Part shown: positions 31,680 to 46,290 of the stretch, piece after piece
How the letters are laid out: each line of letters begins with the position of its first letter
Numbering within the stretch: the stretch's first letter is position 1
The notes under the pieces: generated by a model
The model's database searches: none
The model's input: only the letters and a program-made list of their open reading frames with translations
What the model was told of the DNA's origin: nothing
Made by a program: the position numbers and the translations under genes
Assembly: GCA_964016885.1 (NCBI GenBank)
Contig: OZ024748.1
Location: 45,756,001-45,820,000, forward strand
Source: Eledone cirrhosa
Lineage: Eukaryota
Direction of reading: 5' to 3'
DNA length: 64,000 nt

Positions 31680-31726
31680 TGCTTACAATTGTTTCCTCCA
31701 AACCGAGGTTTGGATTCTTCGGAGCA
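31680..31726 (-). ncRNA. type I hammerhead-like ribozyme, U4C core
   Basis: tgct CCGAAGA a-tccaaac ctcg gtttgga-g GAAA caattg TA agca. Confidence 0.65.
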
Positions 31727-31963
31727 GCTATTTATAACATACTTGACCTCCTTTTCAACCCAAGAGACACATAAAACATATGCGCATATTGATCAACAGT
31801 GGGGTGACATTCATCAAATGAAATAGCATGGCAATTTACATATAAAGTGTTACATGATAAAAATAAAATAAAATAAAATAAAATAAAAGCAAGGGTTTGT
31901 GTATATATAATATATTACCATCAAAGGTTTTATTGCATACATAACCATAAATAGTACCCTTAA

Positions 31964-31997
<34 letters not shown>

Positions 31998-32100
31998 TTA
32001 TCCCATGGTTACCCGATCAGACAGTGTCTCACAACGGGACAACTCGATTAACCCAAAATAGGGGCTGGAATGGACGTTAAACGGTGACGATGACGACGAC

Positions 32101-32153
<53 letters not shown>

Positions 32154-32161
32154 GGATGTTA

Positions 32162-32202
<41 letters not shown>

Positions 32203-32534
32203 ATAAGTAGTTCGATTCGGTGTATCAATACCAGAACACTGCCATAATACTCACGAAGTACATGTGTCCAATCTGTATTACATTACAAAAAGCAAACAGG
32301 CATCTGCATGTTTGTTATTTCATTGATTGAGTGGGCCATGGGCTGGAGGTCACTAAAATAAACGCGGTGAATCTCGTGGACAAACATGCTTTCGGAGGTT
32401 TGTCCGCGGGCCCTAGCACGGACACTGCCGCACCCTAGGTCCAGAGCACATCACCTTCTCATCTTTCTCCTTCTTTTCACCTGTCGCCCTAGAGTCCTTG
32501 ATTTTCCATTTCCTTTCCTATCATTTATGGCTTG

Positions 32535-32748
32535 GTGGATTGGCAGAATCGGTAGAGCATGGGACACCATGCTTTGCATCATTGAATTACGCCCCTTTAT
32601 GATCTGAGATCAAATCCCGCCGAGGTTAGCTTTGCCTTTCATCCTTACGGGGTCGATAAAATAAAGCACCAGTAATGCAATGGTTTCGATTTAATCGACT
32701 TTCCCTTCCCCCAAAATTGCTGACCTTGTGCCTATAATAGAAATCCTT
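32535..32748 (+). mobile_element. OK-like SINE
   Basis: Consensus match including the gatttaatcgactttccc segment. Confidence 0.8.
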
Positions 32749-33248
32749 TATTGCTTTTATAGTCCTTTCCTTTACGTTCCCACACAGTCAGATCTGCCCT
32801 TCTTTACCACTACCCCGTTTGTAATGTTATTTATACAAATGTAAATAAAACTTGAGAATTTACAAATGGTAATTCTATTTATGGAATATGTCATGTAAAT
32901 AGTTTAATAGAAAAAGGTAAAAAGAAAATTTAGATTGAGAAGAATAGAATATAAAATAGGAAAATACAAAGAAAAAGAGGGAATTGCAAGGGTTCTGGTG
33001 TCACAGAAGATTGTGGAGAGGGAGGGAGAGAAGTGAGTGATGTTCCTATGTTTTGTTGTGTTATTTACTCTCCATGTCTCTCTTAATATAAAATGCCGTT
33101 GCATTGTACCTATAATGACAACTGCCATGCAATGTCTGCCCTCTGTAAGACTAATTTTTACATTTTTACTGCCTTCAAGGATTGAGGAGTTATCGAATAG
33201 CAAATATAGGTACAGTGAGGTTTCTCTTGTACACCGATACTCTCTCTA

Positions 33249-33307
<59 letters not shown>

Positions 33308-33382
33308 ATATATATAATATCTCTGTATATATATAAATATATAAATATAAGTATTAATAAAATAGATGTTCTTTTGATCAAT

Positions 33383-33438
33383 TACATTTTATTATACATA
33401 TTTCGGATGTACAACAGTACGTCCTCATCAGACAAAAT
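33383..33438 (-). ncRNA. type I hammerhead ribozyme
   Basis: Mirror of 33556-33613. Confidence 0.8.
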
Positions 33439-33555
33439 TTAATGATACATGACATACCCTGAGATGTTAAATGGTTAATATTTAATCAAGGTAGTTTAAT
33501 CACTACCTTGATTAAATCTTAACCATTTAACATCTCAGGGTATGTCATGTATCAT

Positions 33556-33613
33556 TATATTTTGTCTGATGAGGACGTACTGTTGTACATCCGAAATATG
33601 TATAATAAAATGT
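33556..33613 (+). ncRNA. type I hammerhead ribozyme
   Basis: tatattttgt CTGATGA ggacgtac tgtt gtacatcc GAAA tatgta TA ataaaatgta. Helix I is 10 bp. Confidence 0.85.
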
Positions 33614-33748
33614 AATTGATCAAAAGAACATCTATTTTATTAATACTTATATTAATAACTCCTGAAAATTTTAACCGTTGAGTGCTTCCAATCTACTGTA
33701 AAAATCATTCTTTGACATAATCATCGAATATTGTTTAACAATTTAATA

Positions 33749-33792
<44 letters not shown>

Positions 33793-33805
33793 AATACTAA
33801 CACAA

Positions 33806-33836
<31 letters not shown>

Positions 33837-34118
33837 ACATACATACATACATACATACATACATACATACATACATACATACATACATACATACATACAT
33901 ACATACGAGATGATGGCAGATGAAGGAAATTCAAGGCGTCGGAATACAACAAACAGAAGATTTGCTTCGAAGTCACTAGACATATATGAGGAACTTGCGG
34001 TTCCAGAGTCAGGTTCGATCCACAAATAGATCGCATCTCGACCTGTTCGTCGGAGAAACAATTGTAATACGTTAATAAATTGTGTTCCGATGCATCACTG
34101 ATTCTTCGTTTTCCATAT

Positions 34119-34216
<98 letters not shown>

Positions 34217-34301
34217 TATACACACGCACATATATATATATGCGTGTATATATATATATACGATATTAAATAAATGGAAACTATATTTATAAAACCATAT
34301 T

Positions 34302-34366
34302 TATTTCATTATACATATTTCAGGGATAGCAAATTAAAATATGGCATGCCTTCGTCAGATAAAATA
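34302..34366 (-). ncRNA. type I hammerhead ribozyme
   Basis: tattttat CTGACGA aggcatgcca...ttgctatccct GAAA tatgta TA atgaaata. Confidence 0.7.
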
Positions 34367-34450
34367 CAATATATAAACAGTTTTATAAATAATTTTGACG
34401 TACCCTATTATAAACGACCATTATTTTTGGAAGCTGTCTGGATACCTGAC

Positions 34451-35245
<795 letters not shown>

Positions 35246-35336
35246 CACTCGCGCGTGATTATCGTTTGTTGTTTGTTGTGGTGACGTTTTTGTACTATCA
35301 GCTCCGAGGATTTGCAGCTCAGCTGAGATAATTACA

Positions 35337-35540
35337 CAGCCGAGGGTAAAGAATGTACCATACCACCAGTGGAAGAAGCTCAGCCGAGGGTAAAGAATGT
35401 ATCATACCACCGGTGGGAGAAGCTCAGTCGAAAGAAAAGAATGTACCATACCACCGCTGGGAGAAGCTCAGCGAGAGTAAAGAATGTATCATACCACCCT
35501 GGGAGAAGCTCAGCCTAGAGTAAAGAATGTACCATACAAC
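35337..35540. repeat. about 43-44-bp tandem repeat (about 5 units)
   Basis: agctcagccgagggtaaagaatgtaccataccacc(g)gtgggaga recurs. Confidence 0.85.
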
Positions 35541-36268
35541 TCACAGCATTAAACAATATAAAATTTTACTTTTAACTGTGATTAATGAATGTTAAATAAA
35601 GATTTTATCGACGTTTAAAATTAACCAAAAACTACAACAAATTTTAACAAACTATAAAATGTAATTTTTGTCTCCACGTTGATTTAATAGTTCGATCTGA
35701 ACAAATAAATACACTGTGATTGTATTTTTTATTATCGATAAATGGAAAAAAATCAACAAAACATTGGTCACTTGAATACTCATTCAGAATCTATTTATTG
35801 ATCGCTTGTTAAACACAATCACTCACCATTGTCAAACATATTATATAAAACACATAGCTTCTTCTAATTACTTTCTTTTACCTTCTTTCTTTCTATTTCT
35901 TTCTTTCTTTATTTCTTTATCTCTTTCTTCCTTTCCTTCCTTCCTTTCCTGGCCCGTTTCTTTTCAACTGCCTTTCCGTTGAATTTTAAAAAAATGTTCG
36001 CAAAACTAATAATCACACACACTCACACACTCTTACACACACTCACATACACTCACACACACTCACACACTCACACACACTCACACCTACTCAGCCACTC
36101 ACACTGACAACACCTACTTGCCACACACTCGTACATAAACATACACACACACACTCGTGTATACACATGCACATACAAAAAAAATATAACGCACAAAGAC
36201 ATACACACTCACACACACACACACACATATATATAGATATATACGTGTGCGTGTGTGTGCATATATCT

Positions 36269-36302
<34 letters not shown>

Positions 36303-36320
36303 ACATATATTCATATACAT

Positions 36321-36395
<75 letters not shown>

Positions 36396-36465
36396 TGCGG
36401 TATATATTGATGCAATTCAATTAAAGCACTTAGCGTACCTTTTCAGTATAGGAATCAAGGAGCAT

Positions 36466-37670
<1,205 letters not shown>

Positions 37671-37772
37671 TTTTGAATTAATATTAATAACTCCGGAAAA
37701 CAAACTGTTGAGTGCTTCCAATCTATTGTAAAACTCATTCTTTGATTTAGTCATTAAACCTTGTTTAACCTT

Positions 37773-37867
<95 letters not shown>

Positions 37868-37869
<2 letters not shown>

Positions 37870-38250
37870 AAGGCGGGTAAAATTCCCGAGATCCATGGAC
37901 GAGTTCTCTCCAGCGGTCTCTGTCCCTCATTATCGCTGCCATATCCTGCATCTCCAACAGACCAGTGTCTGTCCTTAGGGTATCAATATATGTTAACCTT
38001 GGTCTTCCTCTTCTACTGTGTCCATGTAGGGGCTCCCAAAGGAGCAGTGAGTGCAATGTCAACTCTGGATGTCGGTGAGCATGTCCAGCCAACCTCAGTC
38101 TCCTCTGTGTCACTTTTGAGCTGACTTTTGGGATGCTCCCATACAGCTCTGAGTTTTTCATCCTCAGTGTATACTGATTAATGTTCAGAGCCATCCCCAG
38201 CATTCTCGTGTAGCACCCATCCACCATCTGAGTGAGTTTCTTGGTCAGTA
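37868..38250 (-). pseudogene. 3' end of RTE-group (RTE-X-like) LINE ORF
   Basis: DGCYTRMLGMALNI...QRRLRLAGHAHRH...LLLWEP.HG.SRRGRP..TYIDTL. Related upstream fragment at 41460-41545 (+): LFIAVVESVLLY. Confidence 0.75.
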
Positions 38251-38504
38251 TATATATATATACGTGATATGTATCTGTAGAACTTCTACCTATCCTCTTC
38301 CAGCCTCCTCTCTTTTATGATGAATGACTACTGTCCGACATGTAGAAATATTCAATTATTTCTTTATCTTCATTCCCATACGTGAAACTAATAAAACTGT
38401 TGTTTTTTATTGCATTTCTGTGTTCGTCTTACTCCTCTTAAACTACACACACACAGAGTCATTTTACACACAAACACCCACCCACACACAGACACACACA
38501 CACA

Positions 38505-38553
<49 letters not shown>

Positions 38554-38691
38554 ACACACACACACATACACACACACACACACACACAGGGACACACACA
38601 CACACACACACACTCACACACACACACACACACACACACACAGGGACACACAGACACATACACACACACACACACACACACGCACACACAT

Positions 38692-38948
<257 letters not shown>

Positions 38949-38961
38949 GTATATGAATATG

Positions 38962-39055
<94 letters not shown>

Positions 39056-39091
39056 ATATAAGATCAAAAGATGGTTAAAGGAGTTCCATGT

Positions 39092-39161
39092 ATTTTATTA
39101 TGCGCATTTCAAAAACAAACATCATCATGCAATAACATTTGTGTTTTCATCAGATAAAACA
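39092..39161 (-). ncRNA. type I hammerhead ribozyme
   Basis: tgttttat CTGATGA aaacacaaat...gtttgttttt GAAA tgcgca TA ataaaata. Confidence 0.8.
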
Positions 39162-39270
39162 GGAGGACATGATATGAAGGCTAAATAACACTTGTGGATA
39201 GTGCAGTTTTAAATCAACATATCAACTACACTATCCACAAGTGTTTTTTAGCCTTCATATCATGTCCTCC

Positions 39271-39341
39271 TGTTTTATCTGATGAAAACACAAATATTAT
39301 TGCATGATGATGTTTGTTTTTGAAATGCGCATAATAAAATA
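39271..39341 (+). ncRNA. type I hammerhead ribozyme
   Basis: Same fold, palindromic helix III tgcgca. Confidence 0.8.
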
Positions 39342-39462
39342 CATGGAACTCCTTTAACCATCTTTTGATCTTATATTATGTATACTCCAGTCCTACAAAC
39401 TGTAGAGTGCTTCTTATCCGATATCTGCATTGCTTTATTGTACTACAATAAAACTCACCTCC

Positions 39463-39537
<75 letters not shown>

Positions 39538-39611
39538 ATATATATTAGTGGTGGAACACTGGAAGGTAATATCCTTAGTGGTAGAACACTCAGTCCAAGG
39601 GACGAGTTAGG

Positions 39612-39661
39612 CCATTCCGAGCTGAAGATCCGCTAAGGTGAAACAATTGTTCACAGTATGG
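39612..39661 (+). ncRNA. hammerhead with degenerate helix I
   Basis: ccattccgag CTGAAGA tcc gctaa ggt GAAA caattg TT cacagtatgg. Truncated copy at 40237-40282. Confidence 0.55.
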
Positions 39662-39699
39662 TGAACTATCTATATATTCATTATATATATATATGTATG

Positions 39700-39751
<52 letters not shown>

Positions 39752-39753
<2 letters not shown>

Positions 39754-40160
39754 GTAGGAGGTGAGTTTTATTGTAGTACAATAAAGCAATGAAGATATCG
39801 GATAAGAAGCACTCTACAGTTTGTGGGACTGGAGTATGCATAATATAAGATCAAAAGATGGTTAAAGGAGTTCAATATATTTTATTATGCGCATTTCAAA
39901 AACAAACATCATCAAACAATAATATTTGTGTTTTCATCAGATAAAACAGGAGAACATGATATGAAGGCTAAAAAAAACACTTGTTGATAGTGCAGTTTTA
40001 TGTTGATTTAAAACTGCACTATCAACAAGTGTTTTTTTAGCCTTCATATCATGTTCTCCTGTTTTATCTGATGAAAACACAAATATTATTGTTTGATGAT
40101 GTTTGTTTTTGAAATGCGCATAATGAAATATATTGAACTCCTTTAACCATCTTTTGATCT

Positions 40161-40168
<8 letters not shown>
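39752..40168 (-). mobile_element. second, oppositely oriented copy of the 39052-39466 element (hammerheads at 39879-39948 - and 40060-40130 +)
   Basis: Tail 39752-39840 is the reverse complement of 39381-39466. Palindrome 39841-40168. Confidence 0.8.
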
Positions 40169-40215
<47 letters not shown>

Positions 40216-40308
40216 GAGAGAGAGAGAGGGAGAGAGAGATCCGCTAAGGTGAAACATTTTTTGACGGTATGGTGAACTATCTATATATATATATTATTTA
40301 TATATATA

Positions 40309-40405
<97 letters not shown>

Positions 40406-40522
40406 TTAGGGTAAATATTGATGCAATTCAATTCAAGCACTCAACGTACTTATTCCACATAAGAGTGACTGAGTAAATATCGAATAAGGAAAAGCGAAGT
40501 AGTGTCAGATGTTCAAGTCTTT

Positions 40523-41131
40523 TAATAATAATGCTGTGATATATATTTCAATGGCGACAGTGGTCACACTGTTCCCTGCGCCAGTGTCGCGACATCGTCT
40601 GACACCTTTTTACATAATAAAGTTATGTTTCCGAGGCAATCCAAATTTAATCGATATGGGAACGGACGAAGTGTGTGCTCTTGGGTTCTTCGTTCATTCC
40701 CCTGTGAGTACCAATTCACCCCCACCGGTCTGTACCAATTCACCCCCACCGCGCAGGTCCGTAGGAAGTTGCCCATTAGCTACTGCAGATTTCAACGGAA
40801 TTCGCTTAGTCAGTTCCCCCTCTCAGCCAAACAATGACCCATTCAAGGCCTGTAATATAGCTTACTGCTACCCATCCCGTCAGTGGCTGTCAGTCGAAAG
40901 CCAGTGGGGTTGGGAGAATGTGAGTATCCACAGGGCTGAATTGGTACTCACAGGGGAATGGACGAAGAACCCAAGAGCACACACCTCGTCCGTTCCCATG
41001 TCGATTCAATTTGGATTGCCTCGGAAACATAACCTTAATATGTAAAAAGCTGTCTGACGATGTCGGGACACTGGCACACGGAACAGTGTGACCACTGTCG
41101 CCATTGAAATATATATCACAGCATTATTATT
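40523..41131. mobile_element. fold-back element with about 195-bp arms and long-helix-II hammerhead
   Basis: 40523-40718 is inverted with 40937-41131. Nested between the arms (40483-40522 and 41323-41362) of another tailed element. Confidence 0.75.
41049..41122 (+). ncRNA. type I hammerhead ribozyme with extended helix II
   Basis: gctgt CTGACGA tgtcgggacactggcacac ggaaca gtgtgaccactgtcgccatt GAAA tatata TC acagc. Confidence 0.75.
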
Positions 41132-41320
41132 GGATTGGCAGTATCGGTAGCGAGTCGGACACCATGCTATGACGCATTGAGTTACGGTCCTTGCCATTCT
41201 GAGTTCATATCCCGCCGAGGTTAACTTTGCCTTTCATCCTTACGGGGTCGATAAAATAAAGTACCAGTAATACACTGGGTAATTGCTGGCCTTCTGCCAA
41301 AAGTAGAGTCGATTATTATT
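41132..41320 (+). mobile_element. OK-like SINE
   Basis: Consensus match. Confidence 0.85.
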
Positions 41321-41545
41321 AAAAGACTTGAACATCTGAAACTACTTCGCTTTTCCTTATTCTATATATATATATGTCTATCAACATACGTTAACTTTGG
41401 TCTTCGTATTCCTGTGTATCCATGCAGGGGCTCCACAGTTTGAGATAGGTGTGGAAGTCGAACCTTCGTGGAGATCCGCCTCTTCATTGCTGTAGTGGAG
41501 TCTGTGCTGCTGTACACTGACCAAGAAAGTCACTCAGATGGTGGC

Positions 41546-41589
<44 letters not shown>

Positions 41590-41607
41590 AGTGTGTGTGT
41601 GTGAGTG

Positions 41608-41654
<47 letters not shown>

Positions 41655-41795
41655 GAGCTTATTTTAGTTATTGTATCGCCCTAGACGGATGTATATTGTC
41701 TGTAATGCAAAGAAATACCTATGATGTCTGATGATGGATAGTCCTGACTTCTATTTCTAATTTTTTATTTTATATATATATATATATATATATAG

Positions 41796-43250
41796 ACGCC
41801 ACAACTCTCTCCAAGAATAGTAGCAAACGTGCAGCTAAGAAGATCAGAACTGTGGGGGCTGAACATATAAATGAACAATTTGCTGTACCAGACTTTGTTA
41901 TCTTGCATTGGGAGGGCAAAATAATTCCTGCTGACCACGAGAGGCTAGGTATGCTAGTTGCTGGAACTCCGGACTTCAGAGAAGGTAAATTCCTTGGTGT
42001 TCCCATAATTCCAGATGGCACTGGAACCACCCAAGCCAAAGCATCATTTGATTCTTGTTAAAGATTGGAATGTTGATGGATCTGTGGTGGACTTGGTCTT
42101 CGACACAACTACTTCGAATTCTGGATGGAAAAATGGTACCTGCGTGAAACTAGAAGAGATGCTCAACAAAAAGGTGTTTTATTTTGCTTATCGGCACCAC
42201 GTCATGGAGCGTATCTTGTGTGAGGTGTGGCAACAACTATTCGGAGCAATGTACAGTTCGGACACCCCAGAGTTCAAGGAGTTAAAAAAAAGATGGGGTG
42301 TCACTCACGGACAAGACCAACTTTAAAACATTGAACATTGTCGACCGGAGACTCAAGCGTCTGTGTTCTGAGAACATCAAGTTCCTCCAAGATTTGCTGA
42401 CATCCGACGATGGGAAAATGAGTTCTCTTCCACGAGACGACTATCGAGAATGTGCCGAGTTGATGTTGATATTGCTTGGTGTGACCCCTCCTCGTGGAAT
42501 ACATTGGATGCTGCTTGGTGCAAATCATAACGCCCGGTGGATGTCCACACTCATCTATAGTGCAAAGATGTATGCATTTGGTGAGCGACTCAATTACGAT
42601 CAAGCTAAAATGGAAAAGTTGCGCCGGATCTGTATGTTCAATGCTCTGTTCTACGTGCGATACTGGCTGACAGCAGTCAAGTGTGCTGATACACCATCCA
42701 ATGACCTTCAATTCTACGTGGAATTCACACAGTAGAGTAAGGTTGCCATAGATCTCTCGCAGGCAGCCACTACTGCTCTGAGCAGGCATCTTTGGTACCT
42801 GACGGAGGAAGCCATTCCGCTAGCGCTGTTTTCAAGTCGGGTCCAAGAGTCCGAGAAGAAACAAATAGACCAACGTCTTGTCAAAACGAAAACGTCTGGG
42901 CCACTCGACCGTGGTGCTCCAGTATTTCCCGAGTAGAAGTCATCCACGAAGCTGCCTCATCTAATTGGAAAGAAACCAAGGCTTCTGTTCGATCTCCTTG
43001 GTCTCGACGATACTTGGCTTGAGCAGTCACCTGCAACTTGGTCATTACAAGAGTCATATCAAAATGCCTGTGCTGTTGTTCACAATATCAAGGTAGTCAA
43101 CGATCTGGCAGAGAGAGCAGTCAAGTTGATAACTGATTTTGTTGCCATCACCAAGAATGAGGAGGAGAAGCAGTGTGTTCTTCAAGTAGTCGAAGTTCAT
43201 GGTCGCAAGGTCCTGGATTAAAAAAAAAAAACTCTGAAAAAAATATGATT
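41796..43250 (+). pseudogene. frameshifted DNA transposase, hAT superfamily (hATm-like)
   Basis: Motifs across frames: ILHWEGK, VFDTTTSNSG, YRHHVME, PRDDYRE, NHNARWM, HLWYLTEE, KVVNDLAERAVKLITDF. Confidence 0.75.
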
Positions 43251-43744
43251 GGAGTTAACTTAACTGAACTTATTTCTTCCTTGTACGCCTTTATATTCAA
43301 AGCTGGTTTACTAAATATATTGGATTAATAAAATAAACAATTATTGTATGGTCATATTTGGTTTCACATTTTCATGATTTTAGGCAACCTAATCTAATTT
43401 TCACTATGATATAGGCAAAGCTCCACCTAATTTATTTTATATGAAATATGTTTTATGTTACCAAGGGGGTCATTTATAATGGGGAAATATACGAGGGGCG
43501 TTAGTAATATTGCTTTTTATAGCACTGAAAATTGCAAACTTGACTGTCACCACAGATTATGACCCTGAAGATTGCGAAAGCATGACAGTACTTGTTCAAT
43601 TAACACTTAACATTTAATATTCTACCATACTATTTCATTCTAAATCCATTATACATTTTAAAGGATTGTTAATAAAACGATAAATTAGTCAAAGTTGGAA
43701 TTCCTTTTATTAATATAACCTTCTACACACAATCATACACACCC

Positions 43745-44048
43745 AGTTTTATAAAAGGTGGGTGAAAGTTGCGAGAATGGCCCGTGTGAATGGGCCTTCT
43801 CTCTATCTCAGCCTGTAGGTGGAAAAGGAAGAAGGGAGCACCTTCTCTTTGTGCTCCCGTGGAGAAGGGTCGCACATTTTTTTTCGGGGGTGTGTGTGAC
43901 CCCAAAACGATCCCTCCCTATTGAAGACCATGTTGTTACAATTTTATTTATTACATTTTTCTTACTCGATTTATATGTAACCCCACGCCCCCCCCCCCCA
44001 TGTACATGTCCCTTTCTTTTGTGCCCTAGTGGCAAATAAACAGAAATT
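43745..44048 (+). mobile_element. 5'-truncated 3' end of L1/Tx1 LINE
   Basis: FYKRWVKVARMARVNGPSLYLSL* plus a 3' UTR homologous to 49655-49926, followed by (TCTA)n. Confidence 0.85.
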
Positions 44049-44058
44049 TATCTATCTG

Positions 44059-44127
<69 letters not shown>

Positions 44128-44534
44128 ATAATCTAGCTGTCGTCTGTTCTACAGTGTGGATGTAATTCACTTCACGCAGAAGTTTTGTTCAAATTTATTG
44201 CGGAAATTTTGTGAGTTCAAATTTAATTTTGATACAATTGTGTAGCTTGACCCCCCGTCTGAACTGTCAGGCGGTGGGTCAGCTCATCTTTACCCCTCCT
44301 AGAGGTGAAAAACCTGTTTTAAAAAATTTTGTGGCAAAAAAATTTCAATCGTCTAACAGAAATGTTAAACGCAGCGAACGAAAATAGTGGTGGGGGGACA
44401 GCGGTAAGAGTTGTAAGCTCGCACGCTTTAGTCCTCCCTTCCTTCCCAACTAACGTCATAGAGAAGGAAGGAAAAATTAAAATAAAAACAGACGGATCTA
44501 CGGAGAAAAAAATGACGAAAACACAAATCTGGAC

Positions 44535-46257
44535 ATGGATTCCAACAACGAAAAAAAAAAATTTGAAAAATTGCATGACAATACTAATAACACAAACAAA
44601 GACACAACAAACACAAAAATAATATTTGAAAATAACATCATAACAGAAAGCAAAGCAGACGACAAGATTTCATTTGCACAGACAACAAAGAAATCTTTGA
44701 CTTATATACCGGAAAATATTTCAGATGTGGCACGAAGAATCACAGACGCCAAACAATACATAAGTGAAGGAGAGAATGGTATTTTATCGGTAAAAATGCC
44801 TCAAGAATTCACCAAAGACATTGAAAGCCGAACAGTCAAGTTCCGCACCATCAACAACAGTACAAAAAAACCTGAACAGCCTTCTCAAGCAGATATCAAA
44901 ACAGTACTCACAGAAGTACTTAATGAAACCACTTTCATAAGAAAAGACAGACTGTATGGAAGCCTAGCAATTATCATGAAGAACGAATCGGCGGCAAAAA
45001 AATGTGCTTTGTCACCGATTCGTTCGAAAATTTTTACCTTTTATCCATCTTATATGGGTAAAAGAACTCAACGCATATGGCTGGATGCAATGATGCCAGA
45101 TGTGGACTACTGCTGGCTCATAGCTGGTTTCATCGATCCAGTGAATGACAACGTGATTTCCATTGGGAAAACCACAGGCAATGCGTTCAGTGGAACAGGT
45201 ATAGAGCTGGTAGTGCAAATGAAGCCTGAACGCATCGCCCAAATACCCGACAGAATCCTATTAGAGGGCCACGGGTATATAAACATTAGCGTGGAGGGGA
45301 GAAGGCCGTCCTGCCATATCTGTGCAGGCAGAGGGCACCTGAAAGCCGCTTGTCCCCAACTCAACAAAAAGAAAACCCTGGTACCAACACCAGCTCCACC
45401 ACCACCACCACAACAGATAAACAAACAACAAAACTCAGTCCCACCCAACCCGTCCCTCAGTAAAACCACACCACCACCACAACACAAACAGTCACAACAC
45501 ATTACCCCAAAACAAAATACAGGCCCACTCAACCTCTCACTCAATAAAACAACACAACCACCGCAGACACAACACACAACACAGTCTAACATAGTGACAT
45601 CCATCTCCCCCACAAAGAAAACCAACACGGAAACATTACCAGCAAACATACCTCTTCCCTCCAACACTGAAGATAACCCAACGAATTCGGAGGAAGAAAC
45701 GGAGTCCTTCAGACAGATTAAAAGGAAAAAAAGAAAACATGTGCAAAACATACAAGGCCAAACAACCCCCACCCAAATCTCAACACAATCCAACAAAACA
45801 GAAAACACCCCTCCAGTAACAAACAAAACCAAACCTGCCCCTCCCCTCTTCGAAACACTCACACCATCCGAAAAAAAGACATTACACTATACTTACATCA
45901 ACAGAAACAATAATAAATTAAATGAACTCATATACAATAATCCTTCGGTACAAACCGAAGGTGTAAACTTTGTTTCTTCGGAAAACTACCCACATTTAAA
46001 ACTAATAAAGATCCCAATGAACCTCTACCAAAAACTAAAAAAGGATTTTAAGGAGGACGTAGGACCACCCTCTGTCAAACCCATAAACCGCGTCCTACTA
46101 AACAAATTTCCCCCTCCCTTCCCCTCCCCAACACAACTCCAAACACCCCAACCCCACCACACACTGACGACCCCACACCACCACAAGACACCCCTTCACC
46201 CAACACCCCGACCCCATGGAAGTCGTGCAACCCGAACCCCGGGAAGCGGAAAGGTAG
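44535..46257 (+). CDS. LINE ORF1 (gag-like, CCHC zinc knuckle); probable frameshift near the 3' end
   Basis: CHICAGRGHLKAAC (CX2CX4HX4C) followed by a Pro/Thr/Gln-rich tail. End inferred from the homolog at 26140-26245; the ORF track instead runs to 46367. Confidence 0.8.
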
Positions 46258-46290
46258 GTCTCTACACTCTCCTTTGGCTCTGCCGCCCAC

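Larger units (their letters stand above)
33345..33750 (+). mobile_element. fold-back element with two hammerheads and 3' tail
   Basis: Near-perfect palindrome 33345-33651, centre about 33498. Tail aactcc...ttgagtgcttccaatc. Confidence 0.8.
39052..39466 (+). mobile_element. fold-back element with two hammerheads and 3' tail
   Basis: Palindrome 39052-39381. Tail tactcc...agagtgctt. Confidence 0.8.

Noticed and set aside
43375-43395. ggcaacctaa as the right TIR of the hAT-like element
   Set aside because: The left end is missing (truncated at (TA)n near 41795), so no TIR pair or TSD can be verified.
45107-45862. 251-aa antisense ORF within LINE ORF1
   Set aside because: Explained by the A/C-rich sense strand. 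No independent evidence.
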